NCBI GenBank assembly: GCA_023515725.1
Contig: JALDTO010000318.1
Coordinates: 1-19,415, forward strand
Length of the DNA: 19,415 bases
From: Amoeboaphelidium protococcarum X5
Taxonomy: Eukaryota > Fungi > Aphelidiomycota
Direction: 5' to 3'
The notes below the pieces were generated by a model. That model was not told the origin of the DNA. It searched no databases and saw only the letters and a list, made by a program, of their open reading frames with translations. A program made the position numbers and the translations under genes. Positions 1 through 9,614 of this stretch are shown piece after piece (position 1 is the stretch's first letter; each line of letters begins with the position of its first letter).

Positions 1-336
1 CCAGCCGTATCCAATGCAATGATCAACTAGTACAGCGCACCTGCACCTGTCGCTAACTCTGGAGTTGAAGTTCAGCAGTAATAGTAGTAGCAAGCTGTAA
101 GAGCAAGTTAGTAACAATTGGCACCGGAAGATGTCCGCGCCTCCGCGTAAAACATTGCTGCCATACTTTACAAGGCTTCTTTCGCGTATCACCCTGATGC
201 AGATGATGAGCTGTCCTTCGATGTCGGTGACAGCATTGTGGATGCTCAAGTCGTAGCCGAGGGATGGTTGTATGGTACGAATCAGCGCACCGGCAAAGCG
301 GGCCTTGTCCCTGAGCCATACGTGCAGAAAGTCTGA
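1..336 (+). CDS. 3' end of a protein with a Gln-rich linker and a C-terminal SH3 domain (LASP/nebulin-like SH3); 5'-partial
   Basis: Frame 1 with TAR=Gln reads ...VEVQQQQQQQAVRASQQQLAPED...YKASFAYHPDADDELSFDVGDSIVDAQVVAEGWLYGTNQRTGKAGLVPEPYVQKV, then TGA at 334-336. SH3 motifs ELSF, GW and GLVP..YV are present. Confidence 0.85.
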
Positions 337-882
337 ACTGATCATTCATTTTTCAAATGGCTGTTGATGAGTGTTGATCGTATCGGAAGTGTGTGTTTTT
401 TGGTACTAGAATGATGTTTCTTAATTGAAATGACTAAAATAGATTTGTCTCTTTGTTTCATGGTGATTTCTCCTTGAACACTGCATGAATGATGATGGCC
501 CTTCATTCTGGTGAAAGACTTTACGGTTAAAGATGGAGCGTTAAAATTTCTCCCTAAAATATAATTTCAGATTAGCTTCTCTTCGCACCAGAACTTTTTC
601 AGTATTAAAAGTGTCTATACACCCACAATAAATGCAAATATAATCTCGATTCATTGCGGACCAAGAGGGTGGATTTACGAAACGCGAAATGATCTTCAGT
701 AGAAACGTTCTTCAGTTGAGAGACTTTGCACAGAAGGAGATCTCAAGTCCAATCGCCTAGAAAACGTTTCATAGTGGAAACTATTAACTCTTTCGATTGT
801 TTGTTTGTTTGTTTGATTTCAAAAGTGCCTAGCCTATGTAGAAGCCACGTTGTCTTATTATTATTTTTTCACACAGCATTTG

Positions 883-902
883 GACTGACTGACTGACTGA
901 CT
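883..902. repeat. (GACT)5 microsatellite in the upstream region of the VIT-vWA gene; a (TTTG)n tract lies nearby at about 797-815
   Basis: Direct reading: gactgactgactgactgact. Confidence 0.9.
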
Positions 903-1070
903 GGGAAAATATCTTCACGCTCTCTTTCCCAGGCAACGTTAATTTATTCAGAGACTAATATAAACGACAAAGTTTGTTTCAACTTGGTAATTGGTATTCA
1001 TCGTATTGGTCTTACTTAATATACATCAATCAAATTGTAAAGTCAAAATAAAGTCAAATTATAATCAACT

Positions 1071-4018
1071 ATGGCCAGCAAGCAGATTGTGAATAAAGCT
1101 CCGTAAGAAGCCGGTTTGTACTTGGTTCCCTTGGTTTACACTGGACAAGGAGACGTTTTGGTTCCCACGGATCAGGTATCTTGTCAAGTTAATGGTAGGA
1201 ATCATTTTTTCATATCTCCTATATCACATCTTCTATTGCTGTTTATGCCTCTTTCGTTTATGAATGTGTAGTGATTAATCTCCTCTGCCATAATCGAGTA
1301 ACGTAAACTTTCAAGGTGAGTGCGATTTAGAATGCAGCAGACGTTGTTGGGGATGTTGAAGCAATCTATCGTTTGCCACTAGTCGATAGAGCTCTCATCA
1401 ACGGGCTGGAGATTAACATTGATGGAAGGAATATCACAACTTCCATCTCTGATGCTGATACCGGTAACAATCAAGAGGATATGATTGCCTAGATGGATAA
1501 GCCAAAGCGTGAATTGTTGCAGATCAATATGGGACAGTTGAAGGCCAACTCTATCGTTACCGTATCCATCTCTATGCTATATGAGCTAAAGAATTATAGT
1601 CAGCAGTGCGTCAATTACGTTATACCTACCCATCTGATTGGTAAGGACTGGAAGGAGGACCATAAGGTTTCTTTCAAGGCCAGTATTCATTTCTAGATGC
1701 TGTCTCAGATTAAGAATATTGTTTCCTCCGTACCAGATGCGCAAATTGAACTCAATTGTGGTAGAGATGCTAATAAGCGCGTAGTGAAGGAGGAAGATAA
1801 GGCTAGACATGCACAAGTGAACGTCGATTTGAAGTTGTCTAAAGAAGACTTGTCATCTGAGCACACTCTGTCCATTTATACTGCAAAGTGGGGCTAGTCT
1901 ATGGCTATTACTGAGTTCAATCCCAAGACTAAAACTTACTGCACTATGCTGGATCTGTGCCCATAATTCAAACAGGGAGAAGGTGAGATGAAGTGTGACT
2001 TTGTTATTTGTTTTGATATGACTTCTCAGATGGTTGGAGGTAAAGCGTATAGAATGAAATAAGCTATTTAAGTGCTGTTGAAGTCGCTACCTGAAGACTG
2101 TTTCTTCAACCTAATTGGATTCGGTGCTGGCTGTGCTGCCATGTAACCTTATAAGAGCTTAATAAATGGCCCTGATGCTCAGGAAATGGCCACTGCTTTC
2201 TTGGATGGAATACAGCCAGACATGGGTGCTAAGCGTGATTTAGAAGTGTTTAAGAATGCTTTTACTGAAATCAAGCTGCAGCCTAATTATCGCCGTCAAA
2301 TTTTTGTGATTACTGGTGGAGAGTTTGAGAAGGCTGATGAAGTGCTCAAGTATGTTCGTAGCTAGGCTAATGGTGGTAGAGGAAGATTGTTTTGTGTTGG
2401 CGTTGGTAAAGCGTCAAATCCGGCGTTCTTGGAGAAGTTGGGCTCTTATGGAAGTGGCGAAGCATACTTTGTCAATTCTCAGGATAGATTGGAGCTGAAG
2501 ATGTTGGCCATGTTGAAGAAGGCTATGTAGCACGGTGCTCGTAATTTCAGAGTGCGCTGGGTTGACAACAAGGTGTTTTAATCTGCGGCGCCATCCACTC
2601 CTGAGAGCGCCAGTGTGAAGAGTAAAGATGGATCCGCGAAGACTTTCGGTATGAAGGACTTGTTTACTGTGGATGAAGCTGATGTGGCTAAATAAGAGTC
2701 TTATAAGTTTGACGAACATGTTTTATGTCAGACCCCAGCCGATATTCATTCCCTGTACGTTGGTAAGAGAACCTCAGTGTTTGCATTCACCAAGTTACCT
2801 GCGCAGCTGCTGAAAGAGCTATTCCTGTCTGCTGCCTCCACGGAAGGCCCACAGGATTTCACGGCTGAGGTTGTGAACTCTGTCATGATTGTCGGTGAGA
2901 ATGATGTGCCAATCATTCATACTATGGCTGCAAAGCGCTTGATCAATGATTTGGAAGACAATCGCTCCTACTTTCATATTGGTCTTCCTTTTCATCCGAC
3001 ACTGGAGGCTAAGAAGAGATCTCCATCTCATGTTGATGCAAAAGATATCTCTGCGACCATTGTCAAGTTAGGCAAGGAGTACAATTTGATGACTTCAAAG
3101 ACTTCGCTGATTGCCACTAATGAGTTTGGAGAGTAGTTGAAGAAGACAGATCTGAGTATTAATTGGATCATTCCAAGTCATCGCACGGCTAATGCTAAGG
3201 CTTTAAGTCCACGTGGTCAGACTCCGAGTCCGTCACCAATAAAGTCTCAACTGAGCGACAAAAAGGATTCAAGTTCCGGTGATGTTAAAGGATTAGGATC
3301 TCGCAGCAGTCGCACCAGTTTGTTCTCGTTCAAGCGCAAAGATTTGAGTAAGACTCCAGCCAATGCTCCTGCACCTAGTGTTGACTCGGGTAAAGGATCA
3401 TCTTTAGCTCCGGGTGGTGGTCAGTCGTTTGTAGAGACGCATATTTCGTAGGGATCAGATGGTGGAGCTAAGATGTCTTAACTTTCCAGTGATCATTACG
3501 GCAATACTTCCGCTTCCATGTCTAGAATCTCGGCTGATGGAGAAGGAACAGCTACGGAGGCTTCCAACTTTTAGGAACCGCCAGCGAATGACAAGTATTC
3601 AATTATTGTGTCTCTGCTACGTTTTCAACAAGCTGATGGCTCTTTTGTGTGGAAGAATGAACTGGTTGATCAATTGTCTCTACTGCCTTAAGCACCCGGT
3701 CAACAACAATAGTCGGACTAAAATCAGGCCTCTCTAGCTGAGGATGATAAGAGCACGATATATCGCAACGACATTTCCGGAAAGGTGAATAGCGGTAAGT
3801 CTTAGGTAATTCTGGATCCTAATGCAGAAGAATAGCAAGCAGTGTGGGCCACGCTTCTGGTGCTAGCTTATTTTGAAATCCATCTACCGGGTGAACGTGA
3901 CATTATTGCATAGAGTGAAAAGAAGGCCAGCAAGTGGTTGGATTAGCCTCAGTAACTTGGCTATTTGAGCGTTTCCAAAGATTAGGCTGTCGATGCTGCA
4001 AGATCCGTCTACGCCTGA
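1071..4018 (+). CDS. VIT + vWA domain protein (VWA5A/PARP4/ITIH-like family), about 956 aa; exons 1071-1194 and 1272-4018
   Basis: ATG at 1071. VIT-like RVTQTF...VEAIYRLPL...INGLEINIDGR. vWA-like DFVICFDMTSQM...LLKSLPEDCFFNLIGFG, RQIFVITGGE and RLFCVGVG. VWA5A-type C-terminal motifs IHTMAAKRLI, FQQADGSF and VWATLLVLAYF...KKASKWL. One frame joins the track ORFs at 1493, 1697, 2777 and 3137 through TAA/TAG. TGA at 4016-4018. Confidence 0.9.
1195..1271 (+). other. Spliceosomal intron (77 nt, phase 1) in the VIT-vWA gene
   Basis: GTAGGA...pyrimidine-rich...TGTAG. Removing it joins QVSCQVN-V-INLLCHNRVTQ in frame with the long downstream ORF. Confidence 0.8.
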
Positions 4019-4502
4019 AGTTCGCATGGTCGTAAGTGCGTTAATTACGATACAGTTGGTATTTATGATGATATGAGGTGAATAAAGGTTGAATAATAAA
4101 GTAGGTTGTGGTGTACGGTATGTTGATTTTACTTACAATAATTGATAGTTGCCGCGTTTACAATTAATTGAATCCAGTCTTTGATGTTGTGGAGTAACAA
4201 CACTACATCACCGGATCTGTACTTGATTCTCAAAAATTATATCTAGCGTAATGTTTGTATTGTTCATGTTTTTATCACGGCCAGGCTCGACTATTTAACG
4301 TTCACACAGCTTTGTTTGATTTCAATATAATAATACGCCTTGGCAACGGATCTTGCTCGATCAGCTCAGCTTTGAGACTCAATGGTATTGGTAATGTTTG
4401 TTTTGGCCTGTGCTTGCTTGCCCAGTCTGTTGTCTACTCTTTTTCTCATCCGACTCTGCACATTAAGACTTTAGCTATACTTGCATTTTTGACTTACTTA
4501 TA

Positions 4503-7058
4503 ATGACAGTGTTTAGCAAGGCTTTAACCTGTGCATTGCTGTTTACCGTTTCCCAGTTTACTCATGCTGCGGTGCCTGTCATTGGTGGCGGGTCAACTTT
4601 TCAGACTGATATTTAGGTCATCTTTAATGATTATTATGCTTTCTCTTTGAATTCCACGGGTGTGGTGAGTTACAATTCTACTGGAAGTTCAGCGGGACTT
4701 AGTTAGACTATTGCTGGATTGTACATGTTTGGTGGTTCTGATTTCCGTCCTCCAGTTGGTTCAGCTGTGCAGGCTATCCCTATCTACGCCGGTGGTGTGT
4801 CTGTGGTTTACAACGTCCCTGAGTTGTAATCTGCAAACATAAACTTGAGGCTATCTCGCAGTGCTCTGGTTGGTATATTTAGTGGTCAGGTTAAAAAATG
4901 GAATGATCCCCTGATTGTGGCTGCCAATCCTTTGGCGACCTCTATACTGCCTGATTAGAACATTACCATCGTTCGTCGTTCCGATGGTAGTGGTACGACT
5001 TTTGCCTTCTCATCAGGTCTATCATCAGTTGATAGTACAACCTGGGTATATGGTGGAAACACAGTGTTCAACTGGACTTGGGCAAAGAATATTGCTGCTG
5101 CTGGTAGTTCTGGTGTGGCTAAGAATGTTCTCGGATTGAGGTACAGTATTGGATATGTCGATTCTTACATTGCCACCGATTATCAGATCTAGTCGGCCTT
5201 CATATAGAACAAGAAGCTGGAATACATTGAGCCGTCCTCTCAGTCTATCAATGCTGGCTTTCAGCGTATCCAAGGCGCTAATTTCGATACTCAAGACTTT
5301 ATTGATGTGGATGAGACTGGTGCATACCCGTTCGTCGTGTTTACGTACAATCTGCTGAATGATAATATGAAGCAATTCTTCTCCATCACTCAAGTGCGTG
5401 AGACGTTGAAGTATCTGTATTGGTGTTTGACTGATAATTTTGCCACCAACTCGCTGCTTGCCAATACTCTGATTCCTGTTTAATAGAATATTAGAGATGT
5501 CAACTTGAATTTGCTCAAGACTTACAAGTATGGTGATGTTCAAGTTTTCGGTTAATCTCCGTGTGACGCTCCCAACTAGTGCAAGAATGGTGGTTAGTGC
5601 AGTGTTATCTACCCGTTTACTGATCCTGTGGTGAAGTGCAAGTGTAATGCTCTGTTCACTAATGTCGTTAATAGCGATTGTTCTGAGCTATCACCAGGAG
5701 AATTTGTCGATCTCCCTTAATTGCCTGCAGTCTTGATGACCATATTCGCTTTGGCTGGCATCTTGTACACCATAGTCATGGGTCTCATGCTGGTGACCAG
5801 AGCTGATCATCCGGTGGTGAAAGCTATGAGCCCGTTCTTTTGCTTCTGGATTCTTGCTGGCTGTATCTTAAGTTATGTCTCTGTGTTCCTGTTCATCGGA
5901 GAGCCTAACAATTTTACGTGTGGTGCACGTCCTTGGTTCCTCTCTACAGCTTTCGGTGCCGTGTTTGGTATGCTTGCTGCAAAGACATGGCGTATCTACT
6001 CAATTTTTGGTAATGTTAAGCGTATGGAGGAGAGTCTTACTAACTTGAATCTATTCATTCGCTTCGGAGGTGTCGTGCTGAGTAGTGAATGGCTATTGGC
6101 CATCATATGGTCCGGTGCGGGTATCCTGTAGCCTTACAATACATTCTCTGAGAACGGACTTAGCGTGGCTAGAACTTGTGCGTCTTTGAATGGAGATTTG
6201 TAGACGGCCATGTCTGTCTTATTCTACCTCTCTAATGCAGCCTTGTTGGCTTTCTGTATTTATCTTGCTTACAAGACGCGTAATTATCAGTATCAGTACA
6301 ATGAGAATCGTGAAATCTCTTTGACCCTGTCTCTGATCACGTTCCAACTGGTGATTGGTATCCCTTTGACGTATGTTATCGCCTTGGATCATGAAGCTGT
6401 TTTTGTTATCACAGCTGTGACTCTCACTCTGGTGCCGTTCACTGTGACTACAGTCATGTTTGGACCAAAGTTTTACAGCCTTTACTTGGCCAAATTCTTC
6501 AAGAAGGAGGGCGCTTATGATATTGGAAAGTCCACGTTTGGTGCTAGTGCTACGAATGCCTCCACTGCAACTGGAGGTGCCGCATTGAGAAAGAGTACTG
6601 AAATTCTACCATCTGGACTGTCTTTCTGGCATTGCAGTCTGAAGCGTAATCGTATCGGTTCTCCGTGGTTTATGTGCACCATTGCCATTGTACCGGAGAT
6701 CAACTGGATTGCATTTGTCGACGATTGGGCCAATTCCTCCCCTAAAGTGTATGAAGTCTTCAAGTTTACCGATGTGAGTTTCTCTGATCAAGTGCCGAAA
6801 GGTCAGGACCCGGAGACAAGTACACTGCTGAAAGTGGGCGCTGTTGAATACATCATGGAGGTGAAGACTAAAGAGTACATGGCCAAGTTCAACAAGGTGC
6901 TATCAAAAGTGCAACACGGCGCCGAAGCCAATGTCAAGATTAAGAATACTGCCACAGGTGAGAGTGTCAAGCAGCCAGCAACTATTGATCGATCGGCCAA
7001 GATTGATAGAACTGCAAATGAGAAAAAGATGACCATTGTTGAGTCGGATAAACTATGA
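4503..7058 (+). CDS. Receptor A: signal peptide + PstS-type phosphate-binding domain + EGF-like domain + class C (7tm_3) GPCR + cytoplasmic domain, 851 aa, intronless
   Basis: Signal-like MTVFSKALTCALLFTVSQFTHA. PstS motifs GGGSTF, YNSTGSSAG, FGGSD, VVYNVP, IFSGQVKKWNDP, RRSDGSGTT, SIGYVD and AYPF. Six-Cys EGF at 5562-5681. 7TM motifs HPVVKAMSP, CGARPW, AKTWRIYSIF, YNENREI and FGPK. One frame with no TGA until 7056-7058. Confidence 0.93.
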
Positions 7059-7320
7059 TGATGTATCTGGTCGCACTATGATACTTAAAGGATGATGATT
7101 ATTGATTAAAGGTTTATAATAAAGTTTAAAGTTGATAATGATAGCTGTCTTTTTTTACAATGTACTGTATAAATAAAGGCAAAACTTCAACGTATGGAAA
7201 TTCTATTGCATCAAATTCTAAACTTTATCAACCTTTATTACCACTTTCATCAAGTAAACCAAATTCTTTCACCTCAGTCATTATTAATTTCATCATAGCG
7301 AGTTGATACATTCATGTTGT

Positions 7321-9003
7321 TCAATCAGCCAAAATAGACTTTATCTCGGCAGACTGCATAAATCTAGGGAAGCTGGCCTTTTGCATCAGCTGGAAAATAT
7401 GATCATACGCATCACGCAGAACATTAATGTCAAGAGAGTTTGGATTTGATTCTGCTGCCTTAATGTCAGCCAGGATTGTATCACGCGTACCTGCTAGCAA
7501 ATTCAACTCATTAGGACTTCCAATGGCGACAAAATTGTAACAAATCTCTTTACACTTGATGAAATACTCCGTGCGATCCATAATAGACTCCAGCTCTTGA
7601 CAGGCCAAGTAGAACTTCAAGTTCTCAGTTGAGTAATCCTTCTCCAAGAAGGTCATGAACCACTTCAATCCAAGAGGATCCTGTAGAACATCACGCAACC
7701 CCAAATTCCACATACGCGCATGACTAAATGAAGGAGTATCTGGCACAGGTACCTCGACATACTTCTCCGTCTCAGACTTATCCCACGGGTTGTTCTTGTG
7801 CAAGTCAGAGCGAACCAGCGGATCAAATCTTGTATACATGTCAATACGCGTAATAAGATTCTTGACCGCCGTGGAGGTTGGCAGACGATAGATGTTCAGA
7901 CAGGCAGTCAGATTATCCACCTACTTCTTAAGATAAGCCTCCACTTTGGCTTCATCTTTCAACTTCTTCTCGTACTTCTCCGGGCTATAGCGGTGCTTCT
8001 TGATCTTGGTAATTGGCGTCTCCTCAATGTAAAGGCGACTGGCTTTCAACGGTCTCTGCACCTTCCAGAAGGCAGCCTCACGCAACTCAAACAACTTCTT
8101 CTCACCACGGTCCAGCCTGCTAAAATGAGCCTTCTGCTTGTCCTTCATCTCTCTGATCAGGTCCTATTTGAACTCAACAGCCTGTCCCAGGGTGGCAAGG
8201 CGCTCCTTCTCCTCAGAGTTCAAGTTGGACTTACGCTTCAAGTACAGGTAGTAATCCAGATCGGAGGTTTCCCAGAAACGGCTAGGATAAAAGAAGTCAG
8301 CCTAGTACGTGTACAAGGAGTCGTCTTCACGATACACCTGCTGATTATCATCGACCGAAATTATGTAGCCGTTGTCAGTCATGTTTTAGATGATCAACTT
8401 GGCATCGGCCGGGTTCAGAGCATTTAACTCCTTCAAGAACCACACGGCAATATCATAACCAGTAGCGCACAGTGGCTGAACATTAAGCAATCCTTTGATG
8501 TCCTTAAAGTGGACTCCATCCACGGGATCGCGCAATTTACGCAGCAACTTCTCGTAACGCTCAAAGCGGGCCTTGACAGCGAAAGATTACCAGCGAGGCG
8601 CCACAGACAGCAGCTTAGATTAAAGCAATGCCAGCTTATAGTCCTTCTCCTCGACATAGATCTCCTTCTTACCAGACACGGTAGTGTTAATAGATGTGCC
8701 CGCATTTTTGCTATTCAACGATTCACTCGATATGCTGACCCTACTTCCCTTGGTGCCAGAGAAAGCCTTACTGATGATCGAGGTCTGCTTGTTATTCTTG
8801 GATACGACGGACATGTTGTCATCACCAACGGTGCTATCTCTTGTGGTTGATGTCATGATATCTCCACCAAGAGATGGTTATGGCGATATACCAGAGCTGG
8901 CAGCAGATGCAGTCTTTTTGCGGTAGTAAGATTGCTCCTATTGTTTCATGGCCAGCTTCTTCAGTGCAGCCTTGGTCTCTTACAAATCTTCGGTATCACT
9001 CAT
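7321..9003 (-). CDS. R7-family-like regulator of G-protein signalling (DEP-DHEX-GGL-RGS; RGS6/7/9/11/EGL-10-like), 560 aa, intronless
   Basis: ATG at 9003, with an in-frame TGA upstream. DEP: LRDPVDGV...ATGYDIAVWF...NGYII...DDSLYTYQADFFYPS. DHEX: DYYLYL...EAAFWKVQRP. GGL: LNIYRLPTSTAVKNLI...FDPLV...NNPW. RGS: LRDVLQDPLG...FLEKDYSTENLKFY...ELNL...HIFQLMQKASFPRF. TGA at 7323-7321. Confidence 0.9.
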
Positions 9004-9614
9004 GTTAGTATTGATTGTATTGCTAGTGGTGCTTTAAAAGACAAATACTTCCAAATTGGTCAATCAGTATAAGTCAATATAGTTACAGATATACACCAAT
9101 TGTAAATGAAGAGGAAACGTTGCCTACTTCAGTCAGTGAGTAAAAGTTTCATGATGAGCTAATAAACAATTGCAGTTTTACTGTTTGGTATAAAAATAAA
9201 CTCTGATGGAAACCTCACCAAGTTCCCACAGTTTATGCCCGTAACTATGTAGGATAAACTCGGTTCTTAGATGCAATATCAAGTGTTGATATTTGGAAGC
9301 ATTAATGCGTGCGGTACATTAAATTCCATCCAGTGTGTTTTATGTGTTACCGTATAACACGATTCCGTACCATACTATTTAAACTCGGTATGTATATTTT
9401 GGTAGATGTGGCAGTTGATTACGCAAAAGTCAGCTGTCAACAGTCAAACTGATGCTAATACACTATGAAATATGACGTATCTATCATTTATACAGCACCA
9501 AGATACCTTTCACAAAATGGAAATATGTTTGATATCATCATAATTTATAACCACTTTATATCATCTTTTATTTTAATCTTCCACATCGTCTTAATTAATG
9601 TAACCTTAAGAGAA

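Noticed and set aside
4255-4503. Short intergenic ORFs (4255-4503, 9465-9650, 12147-12437, 12692-13086, 17528-17731)
   Set aside because: AT-rich promoter or UTR sequence with no domain signal, and several use non-ATG starts.
4503-5550. Bacterial contamination or a pst operon
   Set aside because: PstS is in frame with EGF and 7TM, uses TAR=Gln, has an intron-containing paralog and eukaryotic neighbours, and no pstC/A/B or phoU is present.
7798-8427. 209-aa plus-strand ORF and other antisense or off-frame ORFs in the track (e.g. 5025-5543, 8509-8850, 9974-10366, 15587-15913, 18568-18900)
   Set aside because: They are shadows of real genes on the other strand or frame and have no recognisable motifs.
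7321-9003. Calling the RGS a fungal Sst2/FlbA
   Set aside because: A single DEP followed by DHEX- and GGL-like segments matches R7 architecture instead.
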